Source: Methanomassiliicoccaceae archaeon
GTDB lineage: Archaea > Thermoplasmatota > Thermoplasmata > Methanomassiliicoccales > Methanomassiliicoccaceae
DNA: 64,000 bases
Direction of reading: 5' to 3'
Assembly: GCA_040776945.1 (NCBI GenBank)
Contig: JAXGZN010000002.1
Location: forward strand, 480,001-544,000
Shown here: positions 30,837 to 39,979 of the stretch, piece by piece
How the letters are laid out: every line of letters starts with the position of its first letter
Numbering within the stretch: the stretch's first letter is position 1
Notes under the pieces: model-generated
Database searches by the model: none
Told to the model about the DNA's origin: nothing
Seen by the model: the letters and a program-made list of their open reading frames with translations, nothing else
Translations under genes and position numbers: made by a program

Positions 30837-31406
30837 TTACTTTACTAGGTCGAAGCCCACAAGGTGCGTCCAGCGCTTGGGTCCGGGGAAGCCCATGACC
30901 TCCCGTATGAAGCTGTCGGCCATGGTGGAAACGCTTCCCGCGGTCACTCTGGTGACGCCTTCGATCCCATCGAGATATTCGAAGCCGACCTCGTCGATCA
31001 AGAAGTAGGGTTCGCCGGAGATCTCTATGTCAGGATGAAGGATGAAATCCTCGGACAGGAACTTCGTGTCCGGGTTCTCCTCCAAGATCCTCGCCCTCTG
31101 TTCCGGAGTGACATATTCACCAAGCACCTGCCCCTTCTGGTCCATCATGTAGAGCAATCCGCTATTGTTGACCAGCAGGTGAACATCGCCGACGATCACC
31201 AACGAGACCTCTCGCCCCAGGGCCTCCCAGACGCCTCTGTTCACGAACGGCATCAATCCTCCGCAGGCCCCGTTCTTCTCGGCCTGGATCTCCAATTTGG
31301 TGACCTCCTCTTTAAGGGCAGGTCCCAGGAATCTCATATCAAGGACGCCTGGTATTTCCCTTATCCGGCCCTCTACCGCAGCCAGTACGGCCTCCCGATC
31401 CATCAT
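30837..31406 (-). CDS. Uncharacterised protein, paralog of 26044..26601
   Basis: Coding-like ORF with GGGAG SD; shared blocks with 26044..26601. Confidence 0.8.
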   Translation of the reverse strand: MMDREAVLAAVEGRIREIPGVLDMRFLGPALKEEVTKLEIQAEKNGACGGLMPFVNRGVWEALGREVSLVIVGDVHLLVNNSGLLYMMDQKGQVLGEYVTPEQRARILEENPDTKFLSEDFILHPDIEISGEPYFLIDEVGFEYLDGIEGVTRVTAGSVSTMADSFIREVMGFPGPKRWTHLVGFDLVK

Positions 31407-31524
31407 AGCTCCCCTTGGGCAGGATTAGGTCATCCGGGCCTTAATGATTTTCATTATTGGATATAACATCCTGCCAGTCGGGGATAAGGATATCTACCCC
31501 AATTTGCTTTATCAATGGGACCAG

Positions 31525-33261
31525 ATGCTTCTGAACGTTAACGGGAAGGAAAAAATGGTCAGCGAAAACGCTACGCTGGCCGAGGCTATCGCCGGGGAGC
31601 CGTACGAGGCCGGAGCCACAGTGGCGGTCACCCGTTCAACCAGCTCGATACAGAAGGAAACCAACGAGTTCGAGATCGTCACCTCAAAGGGGTCCATGTA
31701 TCTGCGGCTCAACGGGTCGACCTTCGCCGATGCATGGCGGTCCCTGGTGTCAGGGATCAAAGGGAGCAGCGTAAGGTGGCAGAGCACCAAGGTGCTCGCC
31801 ATGGGCTCGTTCCCCACGGACCTGGAGGTGGACAGGGGCCGCTATCACTACTCCAAGTATGATTGCTATTTCTCCCTTGGCGGGTTCGACAACCGATCCT
31901 CCTACATAATGATCGCGAAGGTGGACCACGACGGCATCTATGGCGCCGGGGAAGGCAAGATCGGAAGGATCACCCGGGGACGCCATCTCTTGAGGATGAT
32001 CGATGAAGGGGACAGCATCCTCGACATCAGACCAGTGGTGTTGGAGCTATCGGACAAGGACTCGTTTCCCACGACCGACATGGGTCTGCGACTGGAAGAG
32101 GGCATGTCCGTTGAGACCTGCGTAAGGGTCGACCTCGATCCCAGGTCACCCATCAGCTGCGAGCAGTTCCTGGTGGTGGCCGGTGCGGGCAGGATCGATA
32201 TCACGGACCGCACCGCCACCTACGTGGGCAACTCGAAGCGCATGGACGTGACGCTCGTGCCGGAGCACATTGAGGTGCGGGAGGATGGAGACGTCACCGT
32301 CCGCAACCAAGGCGTCTTCACCGGCCGCATTTACTTCTACCGCAAGCGACGCCAACTGTCATTGGCGCATAATCATGTAGGTAGGGTGATCGCCGGTCAT
32401 GAGCTGGTAAGGCTCGCGCCTCTAAGTTCGCACATTACGATCATCTCCAATCCTTCCCGGATCATGACCATCGGAATGACCCAGAAGGACGCCCAAAACT
32501 TCCTGGAAGCAAGAGGGCTCAAGCAAAAGAGGACCGGCCTGCTGGACGATACCGCGCTGGTGGGCGAACAGGAGCCCGAACTCACCATGGATATAAAAGA
32601 TGGCATGGAAGTGGAGACATTCGGCGTCCTGCCGAAGAAAGTATCCGTCTGGGAGTTCGATGACGTGCGCGCGCCCCGGACCGTGCACTATCTGCGCAAG
32701 ATGACCGGTCTGGACCACAAGCCCATCGGGACGATGAAGGTTTTCTTCACTTATCCTGAAATGCCCATGATAACCTTCGTTGGCAATGCCAAGGAGGCTT
32801 CCGTGCTGCTGCCTGAGAACCCCTTTGAGAAAGATTCCCCAAGAGGACAGGTCGGCATAACCAACATGTCCCGGCCGAACCGCGGGACCATTGGGATCCG
32901 GCTTGATGGCAGCTCGGAGTTCGGTCCGACCGGCGAGGAGAGATATGGGACCAACGTGGTGGGGACGGTGCTCTCGGACCTCGAGACCCTCATGAAGGAC
33001 ATCCAGGACGGGGATATCATCTATCTTCGAGAGCGCCGGCCGGGGGAAGAGTTCAAGCCCCAGGCGGCCGAGGCTCCCAAGAAGCAGGAACTGTCCTTGG
33101 ACGAGATATCGGATATCGCACGCCAGGCCGAGTTCATGGAGCACGCACCTCCAGCGAGCCCGTTCCTGGGCGGGTCATTGCCGGCCAATGAGCGTAAAAC
33201 CTCCGTAAAGGACGAGAAGAAGGGGGGAAGGCCACGAGCGAAGAGATCGAAACAAGAATGA
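31525..33261 (+). CDS. mmp3: Methanogenesis marker protein 3 (cyclophilin-like)
   Basis: APRT..Y.R..TGL..KPIG, GITNMSR..RG.IGIRL, FGPTGE; heads the marker operon. Confidence 0.93.
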   Translation: MLLNVNGKEKMVSENATLAEAIAGEPYEAGATVAVTRSTSSIQKETNEFEIVTSKGSMYLRLNGSTFADAWRSLVSGIKGSSVRWQSTKVLAMGSFPTDLEVDRGRYHYSKYDCYFSLGGFDNRSSYIMIAKVDHDGIYGAGEGKIGRITRGRHLLRMIDEGDSILDIRPVVLELSDKDSFPTTDMGLRLEEGMSVETCVRVDLDPRSPISCEQFLVVAGAGRIDITDRTATYVGNSKRMDVTLVPEHIEVREDGDVTVRNQGVFTGRIYFYRKRRQLSLAHNHVGRVIAGHELVRLAPLSSHITIISNPSRIMTIGMTQKDAQNFLEARGLKQKRTGLLDDTALVGEQEPELTMDIKDGMEVETFGVLPKKVSVWEFDDVRAPRTVHYLRKMTGLDHKPIGTMKVFFTYPEMPMITFVGNAKEASVLLPENPFEKDSPRGQVGITNMSRPNRGTIGIRLDGSSEFGPTGEERYGTNVVGTVLSDLETLMKDIQDGDIIYLRERRPGEEFKPQAAEAPKKQELSLDEISDIARQAEFMEHAPPASPFLGGSLPANERKTSVKDEKKGGRPRAKRSKQE

Positions 33262-33659
33262 TAGTCATCGCGCCCAGCTCGGAGCTGACGCCGGACCAGA
33301 TCGCCCGGTTCATCCATTCGCTGGGCCTAGAGCTTAATGTAAAGGAAACATGCTACGGCGCCAACATTGAAGGGCCACGGGATATCGTGCGCAAGGCGCT
33401 CAGCGAGGTCCGCAAGCTTGACCCCAACAGGATATTCTCCAAGATCAGGGCCTTCCCCATTGGCGACGAGAGGAGGTGCCGAGCCCACCATGGCTCCCGC
33501 CCGGGGTTCAACCAGGTGGAGAAAGAGTGGAGAGACCTCTCCATGATAGACGTGGCCCTGTGCGCAGCGGACCTAGGGGAAATATGCGAGCTTCCTCCCA
33601 GACCCAAGCAATTGCCGGTGAAGCGGCTCAAGGAAATAGCAGACGAGGTGTCGAAATGA
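33258..33659 (+). CDS. mmp6: Methanogenesis marker protein 6
   Basis: KETCYG, R.FP.GD.RRCRA..G.RPGF.Q.E.E. Confidence 0.92.
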   Translation: MIVIAPSSELTPDQIARFIHSLGLELNVKETCYGANIEGPRDIVRKALSEVRKLDPNRIFSKIRAFPIGDERRCRAHHGSRPGFNQVEKEWRDLSMIDVALCAADLGEICELPPRPKQLPVKRLKEIADEVSK

Positions 33660-34087
33660 AGGTGTTCATGATCCCGCCCAACAGCCTTATCCTATACGAT
33701 CTGGTCGAACGCTTCGGCCACCAACCTCTCTCCCTGATGGGCGAGCTGCGCGACCATGTGGTGGAGCCGGAGGTGGAGTCCCCGCCCTTGAACCTTTCTC
33801 AGGACGACATCATGAGGGGGTTGAAGTACGCAGGGATAGAGGTCCCCTCCGGCATCCGGGGCCGCCTTGCCATCTGGGGCCCGATGGTCGATGAGGCGGA
33901 GGCGGCCATCATAATGCATGATATGCCCTACACCTTCGGCTGCGTGGGATGCCACCGTACCAACCTGATGCTCACCTACATGGTCAGGCGGAAGGGCATC
34001 CCGACGCTCGAGGTGCACTATCCTCATGATGACAATGAGGCCAAGGTCATGGTCTCCAAGATCAAGGCCTTCCTGGAGGGACTGTAA
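33656..34087 (+). CDS. mmp5: Methanogenesis marker protein 5
   Basis: [38 protein letters not shown]. Confidence 0.93.
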   Translation: MKVFMIPPNSLILYDLVERFGHQPLSLMGELRDHVVEPEVESPPLNLSQDDIMRGLKYAGIEVPSGIRGRLAIWGPMVDEAEAAIIMHDMPYTFGCVGCHRTNLMLTYMVRRKGIPTLEVHYPHDDNEAKVMVSKIKAFLEGL

Positions 34088-34088
34088 T

Positions 34089-35321
34089 ATGGCCATCAAG
34101 ATCGCACAGCTGTCCTGCGGGACGGAGTATTCTGGAATACAATCTGAGATCGACCACGCCGCCGACACCGTCGGAGGCAAGATGGTCTATCCGGACGTCG
34201 CGTTCGATGACATCAACCGCTCGGTCGAGGAGTTCGGCTTCGACCCCGCCTCTCCCCAGCTCCGCCTGATGATCGCTCGCGCCAAGGCGCTCGCCGACGG
34301 GCACTACGACGCGGACGCGGTGTTCATCGCCACCTGCTTCCGATGCGCGGAGGCGGCCCTGGTCAGGAACGAGGTTCGGAGGTACATACAGGACCACACC
34401 AAGCTGCCTGTGGTCACCTACTCGTTCACTGAGCGCCTGAAGGCCGCCCAATTGCTCACCCGCATGGAAGCCCTGGTCACCATAGTGGAGAAGAAGGAGC
34501 TTCTCGCCAGGGAACGCCAGGTAGGTCTTACCGCGGGCATCGATTCCGGGTCCTCGACCACCAAGGCCATGATCATGCGCGACAACGAGATCATCGGCAA
34601 GTATTGGACCCCCACCGGACCGGTTCTGGAGACCGGACTGGAGGTTTTCGAAAAGGCTCTGGAGGATGCGGGGGTGAAGCAGAGCGAACTGGAAGGCATC
34701 GGTGTCACCGGCTACGGGCGTTTCCTTATCGGCAAGAAGCTCGAGGCCAAGCTGGTGCAGGAGGAGCTGACGGTCAATAGCAAGGGTGCGGTCTGGCTCG
34801 CTGACCGGCAGAAGGGAGAGGCCACCATCATCGACATCGGAGGGATGGACAACAAGGCCATCACCGTGCGCGACGGCATCCCTGACAACTTCACCATGGG
34901 CGGCATCTGCGCCGGCGCGTCCGGCCGGTTCTTGGAAATGGTGACCAAGCGCCTTAGGGTCCCCATCGAGGACCTCGGCGCCCTCGCCGATAAGGGTGAC
35001 TGGCGAAAGGTGAACATGAACTCCTACTGCTCCGTCTTCGGCATCCAGGACCTGGTCACGTCGCTTGCAGCAGGCAACACCATCGAGGATGTCGCCGCGG
35101 CTGCCTGCCACTCCGTGGCCGAGCAGGTCTACATGCAGCAGCTGCAGGAGATCGACGTCCGCCAGCCGGTCATACAGGTGGGGGGAACGAGCCTGATCAG
35201 CGGACTGGTGCACGCGGTCGGAGAGATGGTCGGGTCTGCGCCCATCATACCAAAGAACTCCCAATTCATCGGAGCGGCCGGGGCGGCCCTGCTGGCCTCC
35301 GGCTTCCTCGAGGGGCTTTGA
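34089..35321 (+). CDS. mmp15: Methanogenesis marker protein 15 (ASKHA activase)
   Basis: [42 protein letters not shown]. Confidence 0.95.
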   Translation: MAIKIAQLSCGTEYSGIQSEIDHAADTVGGKMVYPDVAFDDINRSVEEFGFDPASPQLRLMIARAKALADGHYDADAVFIATCFRCAEAALVRNEVRRYIQDHTKLPVVTYSFTERLKAAQLLTRMEALVTIVEKKELLARERQVGLTAGIDSGSSTTKAMIMRDNEIIGKYWTPTGPVLETGLEVFEKALEDAGVKQSELEGIGVTGYGRFLIGKKLEAKLVQEELTVNSKGAVWLADRQKGEATIIDIGGMDNKAITVRDGIPDNFTMGGICAGASGRFLEMVTKRLRVPIEDLGALADKGDWRKVNMNSYCSVFGIQDLVTSLAAGNTIEDVAAAACHSVAEQVYMQQLQEIDVRQPVIQVGGTSLISGLVHAVGEMVGSAPIIPKNSQFIGAAGAALLASGFLEGL

Positions 35322-35887
35322 TGACCCTGACCGACGAGAGATTCGCTTACGAGAACTTCGAGTCGATCTTCCGACAGACGCTCCAGGACCTGGGCATCTC
35401 CAGGAGCGTGCTCGGTTTCAGGATAATCGCCAATCCTGGAGCCCCCTATTTCCTGATCTCCATCAGATTGGGACGGGCACGATCGGCCATTAAGGTATCG
35501 GACATGTCCCAGCTCAATCCGCACGCCGGCGGTACGGCCTTGACCATCATTGATGAGGGTTGGGCGCCTGCCTTGCTGAACAAGCTATGGCAGCGGTACG
35601 GACGCGATCGGGTGGAACAGATGACGAGGTTCGAGATGCTGGTCCGGGGAGTGAGCGTGGATGAGCTGTCGAACTTGGAACTTGACCCCGGAGAGGAGCT
35701 GAAGGCCAAGGTCCTGGACGCCGTCTGGAGGCTCTTCCCGGAGGGCTTCACCGTGCGCTACGAGATAGTGGACGAAAGGGCCATGACCATAATCGGCACG
35801 GAGCATGACATGAGGCCGGAATGGATCGATGTCGCGAGGATGGTACATAAGGAGATGAGCGCCAGGGAGGCAGATCCAGATGTATGA
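35321..35887 (+). CDS. mmp17: Methanogenesis marker protein 17
   Basis: Position between mmp15 and mmp7; LW..YG..V.Q..RF and PEGF.VR motifs. Confidence 0.85.
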   Translation: MTLTDERFAYENFESIFRQTLQDLGISRSVLGFRIIANPGAPYFLISIRLGRARSAIKVSDMSQLNPHAGGTALTIIDEGWAPALLNKLWQRYGRDRVEQMTRFEMLVRGVSVDELSNLELDPGEELKAKVLDAVWRLFPEGFTVRYEIVDERAMTIIGTEHDMRPEWIDVARMVHKEMSAREADPDV

Positions 35888-36812
35888 GGTGCTGATGTAT
35901 GACGGCGGCGTCTACCGCGTGAACGAGCTCTATGAGCTGGTCGAGGACGTCGGAGGGTTCGTCATCCAGAAGACCCAGATCCAGGTCCAGATACTGGTGA
36001 CGATGGCCATACCGGAGGAGGAGCGCCCGGTCATAGAGGCTAAGACCCGGGAGCTTGGCGGCAAGATCGTGCACGTACCGCTCGCCGGGACCGAGGTCGC
36101 GGTCGTCGCACCTACGCTGGGGCGTCATCATATGCCCCATCCAACCTGCGACATCGCCGAACAGCTGCGCAGGCTCGGAGCGATCACTGTTGTCATGGGC
36201 CTCGCTCGAGGGAAAGGACGAAGGACCTCCCAGATCAGCGCCGATGAGAAGGCGATCATCGAGGAGTACGATGCGGCCGTGTTCGTTCTGGGCAACTTCA
36301 AGGATTGCATCCTGGAGCACAAGGTCAAGCTGTTCGAGGAGATCGAGATCCCGGTGGTCGTGGTGTGCGGACCGCAGATGGACGACTTGCCGCACTGCGA
36401 GGCCATCGTATGCGGTGTCGGCCGAAAGGTCGAGAGGATGCGCAGAGAGGAGGAGATCGCCCGGCTGAACGAAGTATCGGTCGCCATCGAGAAGGTGGTC
36501 AAGGAAAGGCGCCGCTTCCTGGAGGAGGACCCCTTGTTCGTCCATCCCGCAGAGGTCAAGGACCGCATCGCCGAGCTCGAGCCGGTCGAGCGCAGCCTGC
36601 GGCCTGCGCCTGTGGTCCTGCACTTGGACGGCCTCAGGGTGAAGATCCCCTATAAAGAGTGGAAGGACCAGATCGCCGCGGTCGAGGTGTACGGGCACCG
36701 GCTGGGGGACATCGCAACGATATCCGACTCCCGTCTCGGGGGCAGCACCCTCATAAAGATCAAGACCCGCTCCGAGGTAGAGGACCACGACCGCCGCGCG
36801 AAAAAGGGATGA
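35880..36812 (+). CDS. mmp7: Methanogenesis marker protein 7
   Basis: GGVYR..E..ELVEDVGG, HHMPHPTCDIAE, GLARG.G, LDGLRVKIPY. Confidence 0.94.
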   Translation: MYEVLMYDGGVYRVNELYELVEDVGGFVIQKTQIQVQILVTMAIPEEERPVIEAKTRELGGKIVHVPLAGTEVAVVAPTLGRHHMPHPTCDIAEQLRRLGAITVVMGLARGKGRRTSQISADEKAIIEEYDAAVFVLGNFKDCILEHKVKLFEEIEIPVVVVCGPQMDDLPHCEAIVCGVGRKVERMRREEEIARLNEVSVAIEKVVKERRRFLEEDPLFVHPAEVKDRIAELEPVERSLRPAPVVLHLDGLRVKIPYKEWKDQIAAVEVYGHRLGDIATISDSRLGGSTLIKIKTRSEVEDHDRRAKKG

Positions 36813-36828
36813 GCGTACGAGCGCGCCC

Positions 36829-37251
36829 GGAGCGTACATACTTCTCTTCCGCCTTTCCGCACGAACGGTGGCCATCGGCCGGCTTGGGACCTATGGTCTC
36901 GAGGAAGGTCGCTACGCCTACGTCGGCTCGGCCATGAACGGTCTTCGAGCAAGGACCGCACGCCACTTAGAGGCCCGCGGAAAGAAGAGGTGGCACATCG
37001 ACCACCTTATGGGCGAGGCGGAGGAGAAGGAGGCGCTCCTAGTGCCGTCGGACGTGGACATCGAGTGTGCGCTGGCCGATCGCCTGAGGTCGATGCCGGG
37101 AACCATCGAGCCGATACCTGGCTTCGGAAGCTCGGACTGCCGCTGCAGTTCACACCTGTTCCTCATAGACGATGCCGCTTACCAGGAGCTCACGCGGCGC
37201 AGCAGGCCTTCGCCGTTCCCAAATTCGAGGTTGCTCCCACCAGATTGGTAG
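36829..37251 (+). CDS. DUF123/GIY-YIG family nuclease; start ambiguous or frameshifted
   Basis: GAYILL, YAYVGSA, RWHIDHL, FGSSDCRCSSHL; no in-frame ATG/GTG/TTG before GAYIL. Confidence 0.8.
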   Translation, partial: GAYILLFRLSARTVAIGRLGTYGLEEGRYAYVGSAMNGLRARTARHLEARGKKRWHIDHLMGEAEEKEALLVPSDVDIECALADRLRSMPGTIEPIPGFGSSDCRCSSHLFLIDDAAYQELTRRSRPSPFPNSRLLPPDW

Positions 37252-37673
37252 GTCCAGAACGTTTTTGTATGATGAACATCTAAATAGATAATGCTCAGAG
37301 GCGGAAGGCGCATCAGAGCGGCTCGAGGATACCGTGTCCGTTAAACTACGGTCATAGGTCCATCAAGGTCCATTCACGTTCGAAAGACCGTACATGGGTC
37401 CGAGCTTCGAAAGAAGCAACAAGGACAAATGTCCATCCAACAAAGGACGTATCCTGATAAGGATCGTTCTGGAGGGAATGGCGCTCATCAGGACCGAGCG
37501 AGGTGATTGCCAGGTGCCTGATGGGACCGCTGCGAATGCGCCCGCAATCTCTGGGCCATTTCGATATCTTCTGATGTCTGGAGACGGTCTTAACAGCCCC
37601 CGGCGGGGCATAGGGTTCTTATATTCCAATGCGACTATCTGGTCAAGATTTCGTAACGCCCAGAGGGTATTAA

Positions 37674-39269
37674 ATGGAAGCTGTCGCCGATACTTCTGAG
37701 AAGTCACAGAAACCCTATGTGAAGAAGCTCAAGGACGCCATCGGAGCGGAGAACGTTAAGACCAGTGAGATGGAGAGGTTGCTATACAGCCACGACTCCA
37801 CTGGCCTCCCTAAGGAGATCGACATCGGGTTCAAGGTGATCCCCGACGTGGTGGTACGACCCTCCTCCACTCAGGACGTTCAGAAGATCGTAAAGATCGC
37901 GGCCGATGCGGGCGTGCCCATCACTCCGAGGGGCGCGGCCACCGGATACGTAGCGGCAGGCGTTCCCGCCGCCGGAGGCATATCCCTCGACATGGTGGCC
38001 CGCATGAGCAAGGTCCTCAACATCGATGAGGAGAACATGACCATCACCTGCCAGGCCGGTGCCTCGTGGGGAACTGTCTACGATGCCGCTTGGGAAAAGG
38101 GGTTCCTTCTCGGGGCCTATCCCAGCAGCTTCCCCAACGCCTCCGTGGCCGGATGGATCGCCATGAACGGAGTGGGGATGGGCAACTACAAGTACGGATC
38201 GGCGGGCGACAACATTCGCAATATGGTGGTCGTCCTCCCTAACGGGACGATCATCAACACCGGTTTCGACTCATTGGCCGACAACATGACCGGCTATAAC
38301 CTCAACCGATTGTTCGTGGGTACGGAAGGGACCTTGGGCGTCATAACCGAGGTCACTCTGAAGCTTTACCCGAAGCCCGAGGTGTTCCGCCCCCTCGCCT
38401 ATTCGTTCGAGAGCCTGGACAAGGTGGGCGCGCCCTTGAAGGACCTGACTCGAAGCAAGGTCACGCCTCTGCACGTGGCCTGGTCCGACGGCAACCACTT
38501 CAAGTACCTGCGCAAGATGGGACACGACGCCCCCGAGGTCGGCTGCCTCTGGCTCGTGACGCTTGAAGGCGACAAGGCCATGGTCGAGTACGAGGAAAAG
38601 GTGATCGACGAGATCGTTGCCAAGCACGGCGGCAAGAAGGAGAGCTACGAGCTCGCCCAGCACGAATGGGACGAGCGCTGCTATGAGTACCGGACCTCCA
38701 TGCTTGGGCTCGGGACCTCGGCCTCTGAGATCCTGATACCGGTGGGTACCTATGCGGACGCGGTCAATGGCCTCTACGACCTCATGAGGACCATGAAGAT
38801 GGAGGGAGCGCTCATCGGGGTCCTGGTCGACCGGAACTCGGCAATGATCATGCCTTATTACCTCTTCGACAAGGAGTCCCTGGTCAAATCGATGACCTCA
38901 TTATCGTTCGCCTATAAGGCCGGTGACGTGGCCAAGGCGCTGGGGGGAAGGCTGATGGGCGGCTTCGGGCTGTTCATGAGCTCTCAGCTCAAGCCTCTTC
39001 GAGGCGAAGGCTATGAGGTCCAAAAGGCCATCAAGGAGGCCCTTGACCCGAAGGAGATAATGAATCCCGGCAAGCTGTTGGGAATGGAGACCCGCTTCAA
39101 GCTGCCTGTCGGCGCGGGGTTGTTCGGCTTCGGCATGGGCGCGATGTCCGTCGCCAAGAAGATATTGCCCAAGGACAAGATGATCGATGAAAAGGCCAAG
39201 GACCTCCACATCGAAGAACTGGACAAGGAGAGGTTCGAGCAGCACAAGAACGATCCCCTCAAGAAGTAA
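37674..39269 (+). CDS. FAD-binding oxidoreductase (GlcD/D-lactate dehydrogenase family)
   Basis: PDVVVRP, TPRGAATG, GYNLNRLFVGTEGTLGVIT, DPKEIMNPGK. Confidence 0.88.
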   Translation: MEAVADTSEKSQKPYVKKLKDAIGAENVKTSEMERLLYSHDSTGLPKEIDIGFKVIPDVVVRPSSTQDVQKIVKIAADAGVPITPRGAATGYVAAGVPAAGGISLDMVARMSKVLNIDEENMTITCQAGASWGTVYDAAWEKGFLLGAYPSSFPNASVAGWIAMNGVGMGNYKYGSAGDNIRNMVVVLPNGTIINTGFDSLADNMTGYNLNRLFVGTEGTLGVITEVTLKLYPKPEVFRPLAYSFESLDKVGAPLKDLTRSKVTPLHVAWSDGNHFKYLRKMGHDAPEVGCLWLVTLEGDKAMVEYEEKVIDEIVAKHGGKKESYELAQHEWDERCYEYRTSMLGLGTSASEILIPVGTYADAVNGLYDLMRTMKMEGALIGVLVDRNSAMIMPYYLFDKESLVKSMTSLSFAYKAGDVAKALGGRLMGGFGLFMSSQLKPLRGEGYEVQKAIKEALDPKEIMNPGKLLGMETRFKLPVGAGLFGFGMGAMSVAKKILPKDKMIDEKAKDLHIEELDKERFEQHKNDPLKK

Positions 39270-39312
39270 GCTCCAAACCGTTTTCCTAAAACCATTCTTT
39301 CGTTCTTTCCTT

Positions 39313-39345
39313 CCGAGGGCTTTCGCCCTCAAGTTCTAATTTTCC
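39313..39345 (+). terminator. Putative terminator hairpin
   Basis: GAGGGC-TTTC-GCCCTC within pyrimidine-rich tracts after the stop codon. Confidence 0.45.
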
Positions 39346-39979
39346 AAATGGTTGCCTAGACCGTTCACCAGCGGGCCTAGAGATCCCTCAATCATCCCGC
39401 AACGCATGGTAAGCAGGCCTCCCTCAGCGTTCGTTCAAGGCTCCTTCCATGCGTCGGACCGAAGCGAGAGCAAACTTTCCGTTCATCGGCCTTATCTCCC
39501 AGGTAGGCGCGTTGGGACCTCGAGTTGAATGGTCTCAACACACGGGCAGAGGTGAAAGGATCTCAACTCAAGAAGTCCTTTCCCATACACGACGCCAGAA
39601 AGGAATGTGCAAAGGCGTTACGGTCCGGACAGGGACCTTATCGTTCAGACCTCAACGGCAAGGTCCGTCTCGTCCAGGACAGTGCCGCCAAGCGGACAAT
39701 ATGGTCTCCATATGCGGCCTTTACGAGGGACGGCATCGATACTGTGCGGAGACTCGCAGAACATGACAGGATGCGAACGTTTGGGGGGCCTTCTAAGGCT
39801 GGATCTCGCCTGCGGTCACAATTGCCTCCCTGCTCCAAACGCTCTCTTTTCTGGAAGATCCGATATGGCTCTTGGACCTCCGGTCACGGGAGCCGGCCCA
39901 TGTGTCTTTCCCAACGCCGCTCTCCATTTAATGATAAGGTCCCCCGCCCATCAATGGTAAGGGACCCGTTAGGGAACGA

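Noticed and set aside
31479-31500. Fourth copy of the GGATGG-N5-CCATCC motif upstream of mmp3
   Set aside because: Only 7 of 12 positions match (GGATAA-N5-TCTACC); too weak despite similar spacing
39449-39979. ORFs between the FAD oxidoreductase and copA
   Set aside because: No recognisable motifs or SD, and one runs antisense into copA; at most a decayed fragment
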